In this document: positions 8,547 to 16,048 of the stretch, one piece after another
Numbering within the stretch: position 1 is the stretch's first letter
Layout: each line of letters opens with the position of its first letter
Origin: a virus
DNA length: 35,938 bases
Reading direction: 5' to 3' (one strand)
Virus record (IMG/VR): IMGVR_UViG_3300045988_106014
The notes under the pieces: model-generated
Database searches by the model: none
Told to the model about the DNA's origin: nothing
The model's input: only the letters and a program-made list of their open reading frames with translations
Translations under genes and position numbers: made by a program

Positions 8547-8730
8547 CGCTTTTTTTCACTTTTCGCCGCACTTCCAAAACGATGATTTCACCGTTCTTTC
8601 GGCGCTTGATCTCGGCTGTGTTGCCATGTTCCAGTATGGCGCGCACAGCTTCAATTACATCGTCCGGCAACGTCCGTTCACCTCCGCCCGGATTCCTGCA
8701 AAACAGGAACAAATCTGTTTCATCTGTCAA
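8536..8730 (-). CDS. hypothetical small protein (TTG start)
   Basis: 64-aa ORF with no in-frame ATG and a weak SD. Its last codons lie inside the 29-bp repeat. Confidence 0.4.
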   Translation of the reverse strand: MTDETDLFLFCRNPGGGERTLPDDVIEAVRAILEHGNTAEIKRRKNGEIIVLEVRRKVKKSAVQ

Positions 8731-8813
8731 GACCCCCCGGTCATGTGAAAATAACCTGTGTGTTCTTTGTGGCTCACTCCCTCGGTTCTATGGCAAACCG
8801 GGCTAGGGCCTGC

Positions 8814-9143
8814 CTAGGGGGGAGTAGCGCCGCTGGCGTTGGCCTTGTCCGCTGGCTGCGGCTGGCCGTTTTCGTCAAAGTAGTAAAGATTTCCACCGTC
8901 ATTTTCAATTTTGTTGTGGCAATCGTGGCAGACATACAGGAAGTTCGCCGGATTCAAAGCAATGTCCGGGTCTGTGATGTTCTCCGGCGTCAGCCATACT
9001 TTGTGATGGACGATGTAGCCGGGCGCATCTCTGCATATCTGACACAAGCCGCCGTCAATGTTGACGCGGGAAGCAACGAACGCCGCGCGGCACTTGCGCC
9101 ACTTTGTTGATTTGTAAAACGCTTTCGCAAATGCCTGTGCCAT
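8814..9143 (-). CDS. HNH endonuclease (terminase-associated type)
   Basis: CQICR...HHKVW...CHDCHNKIE HNH/zinc motif; located just upstream of terS. Confidence 0.85.
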   Translation of the reverse strand: MAQAFAKAFYKSTKWRKCRAAFVASRVNIDGGLCQICRDAPGYIVHHKVWLTPENITDPDIALNPANFLYVCHDCHNKIENDGGNLYYFDENGQPQPADKANASGATPP

Positions 9144-9220
9144 AGTTCACCGTTGGTGTTCCAGTAGAACACGACGCAATCCGCCGGGGATTGTGTAGTA
9201 ATAGAATCGTTACTGCTGTG

Positions 9221-9301
9221 TGATGTGTAGCGGAATCGAACCGCCGCGCTGTGCGCCGTACCTTGCACACCATATAATCCCGGATTGCCCGCCGGGCCGG
9301 G
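9221..9301 (-). ncRNA. tRNA-like structured element A (5' hairpin, 7-bp acceptor-like stem, canonical T-arm GGCGG-TTCGATT-CCGCT); not a canonical tRNA
   Basis: Minus-strand reading CCCGGCCCGGCGGGCAATCCGGGATTATATGGTGTGCAAGGTACGGCGCACAGCGCGGCGGTTCGATTCCGCTACACATCA, in a 270-bp gap. A paralogue lies at 19113..19207. Confidence 0.5.
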
Positions 9302-9412
9302 TGTCGCCATAGAATAGGAGGAAGAAAGGCCGTCAGTGTTCCCAACTGACAATTCCACTATAGCACACTTGAAATCGCTTATCTGGCCAACATTATGAAC
9401 AAACTGTAAACT

Positions 9413-9742
9413 TTAGTGCTTAGGGCTTGCATCTGGAATAAGGCCAGCTTCAAGGGCTAGTGTGTAGCAGTATTCGCGCTTGTAGCGGCGGAAAGTCTTT
9501 TCGCTTATATTCAAGTCGAACTGCCGCAGCAGAGTTGCGACGCTGGGTCTGCGCGGGTGCTTGACGTTCACCTTGATGGCAGCGGCCAGACGGTGCGCTT
9601 CGTCCTGCTGGCCCGCCGGGTATTTGTCGAAGATCATCTGTTCCGCAGTGCACAGGGCTGAAAGATACGGTTCCGTTTTGGCCCCCTGTACCAGCCCTGC
9701 GCAGACCTTGACGATACCGGGCGGCAGGGTGTAGCGGTTCAT
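9413..9742 (-). CDS. HTH protein, candidate late-gene activator (ArpU/RinA-like position and C-terminal HTH)
   Basis: 109 aa; C-terminus ...LLRQFDLNISEKTFRRYKREYCYTLALEAGL resembles sigma region 4/ArpU-type HTH; last gene before the packaging module. Confidence 0.4.
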   Translation of the reverse strand: MNRYTLPPGIVKVCAGLVQGAKTEPYLSALCTAEQMIFDKYPAGQQDEAHRLAAAIKVNVKHPRRPSVATLLRQFDLNISEKTFRRYKREYCYTLALEAGLIPDASPKH

Positions 9743-9927
9743 GGCTCACGCTCCTTGCACTCGTCATAATCTTCATCATCTGGAATTTCGTCGGGCAATT
9801 CCCAGAGTTCACATATTCCGTCCCCACGCTGGAACATCGGGAAATTATACATCCGGCTTTCCTGATTGGTGCATCGTGCTTTCCAGTATTTGCATCTTCC
9901 ACAGCGCGGATAGTCGTTTATCAGCAT
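9739..9927 (-). CDS. small Cys-rich hypothetical protein
   Basis: 62-aa ORF; CGRC...C...C pattern; overlapping start/stop with its neighbours. Confidence 0.5.
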   Translation of the reverse strand: MLINDYPRCGRCKYWKARCTNQESRMYNFPMFQRGDGICELWELPDEIPDDEDYDECKEREP

Positions 9928-10235
9928 GGTTCACCCCCGAACTTTGCGCCGCAATACGGGCAATAACTGTACGATTTTGCCAACGCCGCGCCGTAGTCCT
10001 CATCTATGCACAGTTTGCAATTACTGCAAAATCCTGCATCGTGCGTACATTGCGCAGTTCCGCGCATAATGTGTGCCGTGGGCCGCAGGGTTTCCGGGTC
10101 GATAGTCGGTGTATCATCCACCAATCCGCGCCCATACTCTGCGCCGCTCTTATATGCCTGGTACTCGCCACCCTCATAAGCGCACCCGATCATATCAGAT
10201 AGTCGCGGTACTTTATCTGCGTCAATCAGCCGCAT
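9921..10235 (-). CDS. hypothetical protein with C-terminal zinc-ribbon
   Basis: 104 aa; CSNCKLC...CPYCG. Confidence 0.55.
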   Translation of the reverse strand: MRLIDADKVPRLSDMIGCAYEGGEYQAYKSGAEYGRGLVDDTPTIDPETLRPTAHIMRGTAQCTHDAGFCSNCKLCIDEDYGAALAKSYSYCPYCGAKFGGEPC

Positions 10236-10587
10236 GGTTATCCCTCACTTTCTCAAAATAGAATTTGATCGCTTTCGGATTTTCCAGCACATTTCCGTAC
10301 ACCACGCCGATCTTGTAGATGTAGTTCTCTTGCAGCTTTTGCGGGATCTCTGCAATGTATCGTCTGAATGTTTCAAGGTCGTGGGCGCGTTTGTAGTGAT
10401 TGCACATGCGGCAGGACGGCATAAGGTTTTCAATGTCGTCCGTGCCGGAATCCTCTGGGTTCCACGCCCTCTGCGGCTTGAAGTGGTCTACCTGCATATC
10501 ATTGTAGGCAATGTGGCGGCCACAGTAAGCGCAATGACCGTCAAATTTCTTGTACACCGCAACGCGGGTCTTTTTACTGATTGCCAT
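10222..10587 (-). CDS. HNH endonuclease (second copy, early region)
   Basis: HCAYCG...VDHFKP...NLMPSCRMCNHYK. Confidence 0.85.
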   Translation of the reverse strand: MAISKKTRVAVYKKFDGHCAYCGRHIAYNDMQVDHFKPQRAWNPEDSGTDDIENLMPSCRMCNHYKRAHDLETFRRYIAEIPQKLQENYIYKIGVVYGNVLENPKAIKFYFEKVRDNHAAD

Positions 10588-10854
10588 TTATTCATCCTCG
10601 CTGTACTTATAGTCGTAAAAAGTTCCGTCAGGTTCAACGAAAAATTCTTCTTCTTCCCATCGTGCATCACAGGTTTTATAATTTTCGCAAGAAGCAAGGC
10701 TCACGTCCATAGCCCCATCATCACCGCGCGTACAGCGTTTGCCAATTTTGCCATCCTTGCGCATTGTATAATTCAGCGAGTACTGATACAGATTGCTTAC
10801 AACAATGCGTCCGCCGCAGCGCGGACAGCATTTTATAACTGTTCCAAGGTTCAT
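10588..10854 (-). CDS. zinc-ribbon hypothetical protein
   Basis: 88 aa; CCPRCGG...C...C. Confidence 0.55.
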   Translation of the reverse strand: MNLGTVIKCCPRCGGRIVVSNLYQYSLNYTMRKDGKIGKRCTRGDDGAMDVSLASCENYKTCDARWEEEEFFVEPDGTFYDYKYSEDE

Positions 10855-11051
10855 TCTATGCCCTCCGTATCCGCCGGGGATTGTGTGACAGGCTCTTTCT
10901 GCTGCCAGTAACAGCAGCCGTCATCGCCGTCCGTGAAGTCGGCGCAATAGGGGCTTGCACCGCAGAAGCACACGCCGTTGAAATCTTCCCAATACAGGCA
11001 GGTTTCACAGCGCAGGCGTTCGGCAGGGGGCTTGTTCTTTCCGTTTTCCAT
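10851..11051 (-). CDS. small Cys-rich hypothetical protein
   Basis: 66 aa; 9 Cys; 4-nt overlap with the next gene. Confidence 0.5.
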   Translation of the reverse strand: MENGKNKPPAERLRCETCLYWEDFNGVCFCGASPYCADFTDGDDGCCYWQQKEPVTQSPADTEGIE

Positions 11052-11053
11052 CT

Positions 11054-11386
11054 TTACATGTTTCCACCTTTCCAGTTTTCAATGCTTTCAATGCGCAGAA
11101 TTTGCAGGATATAGTAGTATTTGTCCGGGTCTGCGCCCCATTCGCGCACACCGCCTTTGCCGAAGATGCAATGCACCCGCAATATGGCTGCTGGGGCTTT
11201 TGAATTGTATCCGGCACGAATTTTTACAGGAAAAATCTTGTATGCTTGACCTTTGCAATTCGGGTCGGCAACTATGGCAGAATTTATGCGAGTTTGGTAA
11301 TATTCTGTCGCTTCACGGTATTCTTCGCGCTTTTCACCGCGGCAGATCATGTCAAACCATTCCTGCTTTATGGGAAGTGTCAGCAT
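11054..11386 (-). CDS. ASCH domain protein
   Basis: MLTLPIKQEWFDMICRGEKREEYR N-terminus typical of ASCH/PUA-like proteins. Confidence 0.7.
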   Translation of the reverse strand: MLTLPIKQEWFDMICRGEKREEYREATEYYQTRINSAIVADPNCKGQAYKIFPVKIRAGYNSKAPAAILRVHCIFGKGGVREWGADPDKYYYILQILRIESIENWKGGNM

Positions 11387-11422
11387 TTTTCATTACTCCT
11401 TTGTGACCGGGGCAAGGCGGCA

Positions 11423-11971
11423 TCATTTGCCCTCGCGCTGTGCAATGGCGCGTTTCAGCTTGTTCAGATTAAAGTCCATTTCACCGACAAAGCGCAGGCA
11501 CAGGTCATGGTTGATACCGTTGCCCAGATAGGTATAGATGTAATCCATGCTTGTGCGTGTATAAATCGTGCCGCAAAATTGGTTGATACCGTTCAAGTGG
11601 TATTTCTGGCTTGCCGAACTGTATGACTTGCAGGCTTCACGGCTGCACCATTCAATAATCCGGGCATTCAGTTCGTCCAGCGTGTCCGCACCGTACAGCG
11701 GTACGGTGATATTGCGCGCCGGATAGACAATCAATTCAAGGCGCAGGTTCATAATTGCTTTCGGAAATGCGGATTGCAGGGCGTACCGAACCGCCTGATC
11801 TAATAAGATACCCTTTGCGTAGACAGGCGGCGGGGTCACGGTGGGTTCTGCTTTGATAAGCGCCCGGAAACTTTCAACAGCAAAATTGCGGGTCATGACA
11901 TGATTGTTATCCGCCGGGGATGAAGTGGGCAGGGATTGTTCAAGGTGGATTGCATCAATCAGTCGTTGCAT
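11423..11971 (-). CDS. hypothetical protein
   Basis: Start moved to ATG 11971 (GGAGGG 8 nt upstream): MQRLIDAIHLEQ... Confidence 0.55.
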   Translation of the reverse strand: MQRLIDAIHLEQSLPTSSPADNNHVMTRNFAVESFRALIKAEPTVTPPPVYAKGILLDQAVRYALQSAFPKAIMNLRLELIVYPARNITVPLYGADTLDELNARIIEWCSREACKSYSSASQKYHLNGINQFCGTIYTRTSMDYIYTYLGNGINHDLCLRFVGEMDFNLNKLKRAIAQREGK

Positions 11972-12248
11972 GGTCGTTGCCCTCCGAATCTTTAAGCAGC
12001 ACACCACCCACATCGTCACCGTAGCGCGTCCGCATTTGTAGGCACTTACTTAGCGCGTATGTGGCCGTTGTTCCGTCTCCTGCTTCCGCAGCAAGGTTGT
12101 ACGAAATCGCATGAAACCGCAGCAGAATGTCCACATTCCGCACGGGCGGTTTCAGCATACCGCTGATAACCCTGTGCCACCCTTCCGCTTTGCGTGGTTG
12201 GCCGCACAGATGTGCCATCATCAATTTCAAGCATCTTTTTTTAGTCAT
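11955..12248 (-). CDS. hypothetical protein
   Basis: 97-aa ORF; GGGAG SD 9 nt upstream of ATG 12248. Confidence 0.5.
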   Translation of the reverse strand: MTKKRCLKLMMAHLCGQPRKAEGWHRVISGMLKPPVRNVDILLRFHAISYNLAAEAGDGTTATYALSKCLQMRTRYGDDVGGVLLKDSEGNDHATTD

Positions 12249-12252
12249 AAGT

Positions 12253-12468
12253 TTATACTCCCAATAATTCAGCCGCTTTCAGCATGACAGCACATCCGTC
12301 AATGTGGCAGTTGTGTTCAAATCCACAGCCGACGCACTCACAATACTTGGGCGCAAAAGGGCGTGGGAATGCGGCAATCTTCTTTAGTTGCTCGATTAGT
12401 TCGGGGGATGCTTTTTCATACGGCTTGCTGGAACAGGCCGCTGCATCAAATTTCAGATGTTGGGGCAT
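12253..12468 (-). CDS. small Cys-rich hypothetical protein
   Basis: 71-aa ORF; CECVGCGFEHNCHIDGC. Confidence 0.5.
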   Translation of the reverse strand: MPQHLKFDAAACSSKPYEKASPELIEQLKKIAAFPRPFAPKYCECVGCGFEHNCHIDGCAVMLKAAELLGV

Positions 12469-12874
12469 CGGTATCCGCCTGCCTTTCTTCGTATATCGGC
12501 AAGTGTGGGTGTACTACAATCTGACAGCCGCACATAGGACAGCTAAAGGCATCATGCAGGCCGTCAACAATGGCGGTGTCGCTGATTATGGCTCCGTCAT
12601 TGTAGTAATGGAATCTGCCATAGTTGTGTTTTCCAACTACAGTGTAGCGATTGTCGTTGTACGGGATGAATTTATAGCCGCATACCTCACACTGTATATC
12701 GCGCATCGGCGGCGGGTTATCCGCCGGGCCGCTGTCGGATTCTGTATTGCGAGATTTTTTCAGCTTTTGTGCGAAAAAAAGCTTATCATAAGCAATAACG
12801 CCAGCCATACCGACACCATAGACGAAAAGGCCCGTTCCAATAGCAGGAAGAATCACTTTCAAAATTTCTCGCAT
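12446..12874 (-). CDS. membrane-anchored zinc-ribbon protein
   Basis: Start at ATG 12874 (GGGAGG upstream): MREILKVILPAIGTGLFVYGVGMAGVIAY (TM), then CEVCG...CPMCG. Confidence 0.55.
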   Translation of the reverse strand: MREILKVILPAIGTGLFVYGVGMAGVIAYDKLFFAQKLKKSRNTESDSGPADNPPPMRDIQCEVCGYKFIPYNDNRYTVVGKHNYGRFHYYNDGAIISDTAIVDGLHDAFSCPMCGCQIVVHPHLPIYEERQADTDAPTSEI

Positions 12875-12876
12875 TG

Positions 12877-14319
12877 TCATACCTCCCATGCAAACGGCAG
12901 ACCAATTTTGCATCCTTCGCGCCGTTCTTCGAAGAAATAGCATCCTTTGCAGCACTCGCCGCTGCCGTGGGCTTCACAGTAGTTGCTAAGATCGCGGGCC
13001 GCGTCAATCACGTCATCGCTGGCGGTAGGCTCTGTGCTCTCGACGGTGGGCGATTCTTCCTGCACGATGGGCGCGGGGGTAATCTCCGAAGGTTCGGGCG
13101 CGGTATCCGCCGGGGGCGCTGGGGTTTGGGTTTCGGTGTCGGGGGTCTGCTTGGGGGTGCAGTGCGTGCAGGCCGTGGGGCAAGTGGCTTTTTCAAGGCA
13201 CAGTTGACAGCATCCAGCGCATCCGATCATTGCACCGTTTTTGACGTGGGATAAAATGCCATCGGCATTGTCGCACATACCGTCTACGGTATCTGTGCAG
13301 TTATCGTTAATGAATGTCGCATATCTTTCTGCACGGGTCACAGGTGCTTTTTTCGGCTCTGCGGTTGCTTTCTTCGGCATCGGTTCGGGGGTGATGCCTG
13401 CACCAGCACAAGCTTTTACGAACTGCGCCCATGTATACTGTACGTGCTGACCGTCCAAGTAGAAGCGGATGCCCTTTGCGCTGGTATCCGTGATACCGCC
13501 GCAGAGGTTCGTTCCGCCTGTCGGGTCTTTGGCGAGGTCTTGCAGCATAGCGGCACTGAAATATTCCAGCTTGCGTACCCATTTTCGATTTACAAATTCC
13601 TTTGCCATAGGCAGCGCCCAGTCGGGAAAAGTTTCGGGAACAGATTCTTTCTTCTTGCGTATGGCTTCCATCGTAGGCACAGGATAGGTCGCGGCGATTT
13701 CTTCCTGCTGGCGGTTCGGCAGACTGCTAAGTTCGTAGGCCACTTGCGTGCCGATGGTGCCCGCTTTGTAACGCTGCATAAGCGTGGGGCACAAGTGCTT
13801 GTAGATAGCTTGGTATTTACCCGCCTGCGCCGAAGAAATGCCCAGCGCCGCCGCAACGGCAGTGCGGGTCTTGCCCTCCACCTTGCCGCCGTTGGCTTTG
13901 AACTCTTTTGCGATTTCGGCGGTCTTGACGGTTTCCATCATGTTTTCATATTCGGTTTCTTTGCGAGTGGTACGGTTCATAAGGATAAGCCGTGCTTGGT
14001 CGGCCAGCGCTCCTAAGCTGGATGTGATCTTCACGTCAACTTCGGCCCAGCGTTCCGGGTCTTTGGCGTAGAGGGTCAGCAGGGCCAGACGGCGGCGGTG
14101 TCCGCCGGTCAGACGGTATTTGCCAGATTCATCCGCCGGGCGGACAACTAAGGGCTGTTCCAGCCCGAAAGCATCAATGGCAGCGGCCAGTTCTTCAATG
14201 CCGTCTGTTTCGTAGAAATTTTCGGGGTCTGGCAGGATGTCGGCCAGTTTGATGCGCGCAAAGTGATCTTGTTCCGGCTGGGTGCTGGCGGCGCTCAAAA
14301 CATCTTGAATCAGATTCAT
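12877..14319 (-). CDS. ParB/Srx-domain protein with HTH and long Cys-rich C-terminal extension
   Basis: Start at ATG 14319 (GGAGGG upstream). GGHRRR box, TRTAVAAALGISSAQAGKYQ HTH-like segment, Pro/Thr linker, CAGCCQLC...CPTACTHC. Confidence 0.8.
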   Translation of the reverse strand: MNLIQDVLSAASTQPEQDHFARIKLADILPDPENFYETDGIEELAAAIDAFGLEQPLVVRPADESGKYRLTGGHRRRLALLTLYAKDPERWAEVDVKITSSLGALADQARLILMNRTTRKETEYENMMETVKTAEIAKEFKANGGKVEGKTRTAVAAALGISSAQAGKYQAIYKHLCPTLMQRYKAGTIGTQVAYELSSLPNRQQEEIAATYPVPTMEAIRKKKESVPETFPDWALPMAKEFVNRKWVRKLEYFSAAMLQDLAKDPTGGTNLCGGITDTSAKGIRFYLDGQHVQYTWAQFVKACAGAGITPEPMPKKATAEPKKAPVTRAERYATFINDNCTDTVDGMCDNADGILSHVKNGAMIGCAGCCQLCLEKATCPTACTHCTPKQTPDTETQTPAPPADTAPEPSEITPAPIVQEESPTVESTEPTASDDVIDAARDLSNYCEAHGSGECCKGCYFFEERREGCKIGLPFAWEV

Positions 14320-14363
14320 GTTGGTTCCCTCCGGGTGTTCCAATGGAACACCAAAACAGCGAT

Positions 14364-14570
14364 TTATTTCTTCTTTTCGGCAGTTTTGCGGGCTTTATTG
14401 CCTGTTTTCTGCCATTTCGGCAACATTTCGGATAAGGCCATAATATAGAACTGTGCGATAATATCCCGTGTATCATCGGGCAGGGTTTCAAACTGTCGGA
14501 TGATGTCCTGCCGCATCTTGGCGGGGTCGGATGTCTGGGTGCGCCGGATGGGCGCTTGCTTGCTTTTCAC
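14364..14570 (-). CDS. hypothetical small protein
   Basis: 68-aa ORF within a tightly packed array. Confidence 0.45.
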   Translation of the reverse strand: MKSKQAPIRRTQTSDPAKMRQDIIRQFETLPDDTRDIIAQFYIMALSEMLPKWQKTGNKARKTAEKKK

Positions 14571-14779
14571 AAAATTACTTCCTTTCCGGTTCTGGTATCA
14601 ACTTGCACGGGGCGGGTTCCTTTCAGTGCAAAATCGGGGTTCGTGGTGCGGTGGCATTGCAGATTCGGTTCATTCGGGTGGTTGGCGGCGCACCATTCAT
14701 GTTTACAGGCCGTGTTCTTGGCGGGGTCGCATTCGTACAGCGTAATTGTGCCATCGGCGGCAATGTTAATATCAATCAT
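14567..14779 (-). CDS. hypothetical small protein
   Basis: 70-aa ORF; 4-nt overlaps on both sides. Confidence 0.5.
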   Translation of the reverse strand: MIDINIAADGTITLYECDPAKNTACKHEWCAANHPNEPNLQCHRTTNPDFALKGTRPVQVDTRTGKEVIL

Positions 14780-14991
14780 CGTTTCCGTCCTTTCCTTTGG
14801 TTGTACAGGCCGTTTTTGCGAACATCCTTGCGGATTTTGTCGCCGCGTTCGGAATCAGCGGCATCAATGCGCCGTTCAGCTTCGCGGGCTGTCTGTATCT
14901 GGTTGCATACTTTTCGGTATTCGACATAGTCCGTGCAGGCGGTGTGGCAGTTGATGGCCCGCCGGGCGCATCGGTAACAGGGTGCATTCAT
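14776..14991 (-). CDS. small Cys-rich basic protein
   Basis: 71-aa ORF; CYRC...C...C, Lys/Arg-rich tail. Confidence 0.5.
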   Translation of the reverse strand: MNAPCYRCARRAINCHTACTDYVEYRKVCNQIQTAREAERRIDAADSERGDKIRKDVRKNGLYNQRKGRKR

Positions 14992-15129
14992 GTCCGTTTA
15001 TCCTTGATTTTGTAGCCTGCGGCTTTCATGGCTTTCTGATCTTCGGGGGATGGGATGCAGGCGGGATCATTGGTTTGCATCATAACGTGGCCATCCTTGG
15101 CAAGCACCGTAAAGAGGGCGGCGGGCAGG

Positions 15130-15918
15130 TCAGAGCGGCAACAACTGTTCACAGCCCAGCACCTCCAACACTTCATCCGCCAGCACGCGGAAATCGCGGG
15201 CGGCATTGCTCCAACGGCTGTACAACGACAGCGGCTTGCCCGCGTCGTTTCCGTTTTCGACTTTCTGTGTGCTTTCGCGGATAACCGTGCCCAGTAAGTC
15301 AAGGTCGGTCACATCGGCGATTTTCTCTTTTTGATCGGGGCGAAAGCGGGTAATAAGGGCGTAGGCTTTCAGCTTTGGATTTTCCTGCTGGGCCGCTTCG
15401 ATTTGCTCCCATACCTCGGCAAGACCCTTGCGGGCGTTCTTGTCCAGCGTGATCGGCACGATGGCAAGGTCTGCTGCCATAAGGGCGTTGATGCTTGCCA
15501 TGTCGATGTCCGGGGCGCAGTCCACAACAACGAATTCAAGCGCACCTTCATTTTCCGCAAGGTAGCGGCGCAGACGCTTATCGCGCCCGCTGGACGTGTC
15601 CAGCAACAGGGAAATGTTCGACTTCATAAGGCGGTAGTCGCTGGGCAGAATACGAAGATGCGGGTACGGCTTTCCGTTGGCGTTCAGGGCCGGAAGTGTA
15701 GCGTGAAGGGCGCAGGCATCAGCGGCGGTCTTGGCCGTCAGCACATCGCCCAGACCGTGGGTAAAATCGTGGATGTTGTAAAACTCGGTGCTGTTGCCCT
15801 GCTTATCGGCATCAATCAGTAGTGTCTCGCCGATGTTGGAAAGTTCGTATGCAAGGTTTGTTGCGGTGGTGGTCTTGCCGACACCGCCCTTTAAATTCAA
15901 AATGACGATGGTTTTCAC
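15130..15918 (-). CDS. parA: ParA/Soj-family ATPase
   Basis: GTG start with AAGGAG 9 nt upstream; deviant Walker A LKGGVGKTTT; 262 aa. Confidence 0.9.
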   Translation of the reverse strand: MKTIVILNLKGGVGKTTTATNLAYELSNIGETLLIDADKQGNSTEFYNIHDFTHGLGDVLTAKTAADACALHATLPALNANGKPYPHLRILPSDYRLMKSNISLLLDTSSGRDKRLRRYLAENEGALEFVVVDCAPDIDMASINALMAADLAIVPITLDKNARKGLAEVWEQIEAAQQENPKLKAYALITRFRPDQKEKIADVTDLDLLGTVIRESTQKVENGNDAGKPLSLYSRWSNAARDFRVLADEVLEVLGCEQLLPL

Positions 15919-16048
15919 TTTTTCTTGCTCCTTTTCTTCTTTGGGCGCTGTTTAGCTTTGGTACGGTCTTTGCTGGGCTTGGCGTAATAGTTCATCATAG
16001 TTTCAAAGCGGCGGTACGCACTGCCGCAGTGGCGTTTCTTGCTGTTGT

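Noticed and set aside
9229-9245. Calling the two TTCGATT T-arm loci (9229..9245 and 19120..19136) canonical tRNA genes or tRNA-derived attP cores
   Set aside because: No D-arm, no 5-bp/7-nt anticodon arm and no matching 7-bp acceptor at tRNA spacing could be drawn; the elements are ~52-54 nt from acceptor strand to acceptor strand. The two copies share flanking architecture with compensatory changes, which fits a dedicated RNA better than integration-site remnants, and no integrase is present.
8990-9358. 122-aa and 96-aa minus-strand ORFs (8990..9358, 9055..9345) spanning the 9144..9412 gap
   Set aside because: They overlap the HNH gene out of frame, have implausible composition and no SD. 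The region is better explained as structured non-coding RNA.
14988-15083. 31-aa ORF (MMQTNDPACIPSPEDQKAMKAAGYKIKDKRT) between parA and ORF 14776..14991, and the 104-aa track ORF 14988..15302
   Set aside because: The long version overlaps parA out of frame. The short version has only a weak, distant SD, so support is insufficient to call it.
15915-15998. 27-aa highly basic ORF (MMNYYAKPSKDRTKAKQRPKKKRSKKK) overlapping the parA GTG start
   Set aside because: It has no SD, and its 3' half is the parA ribosome-binding region (AAGGAG). It is probably a fortuitous ORF.
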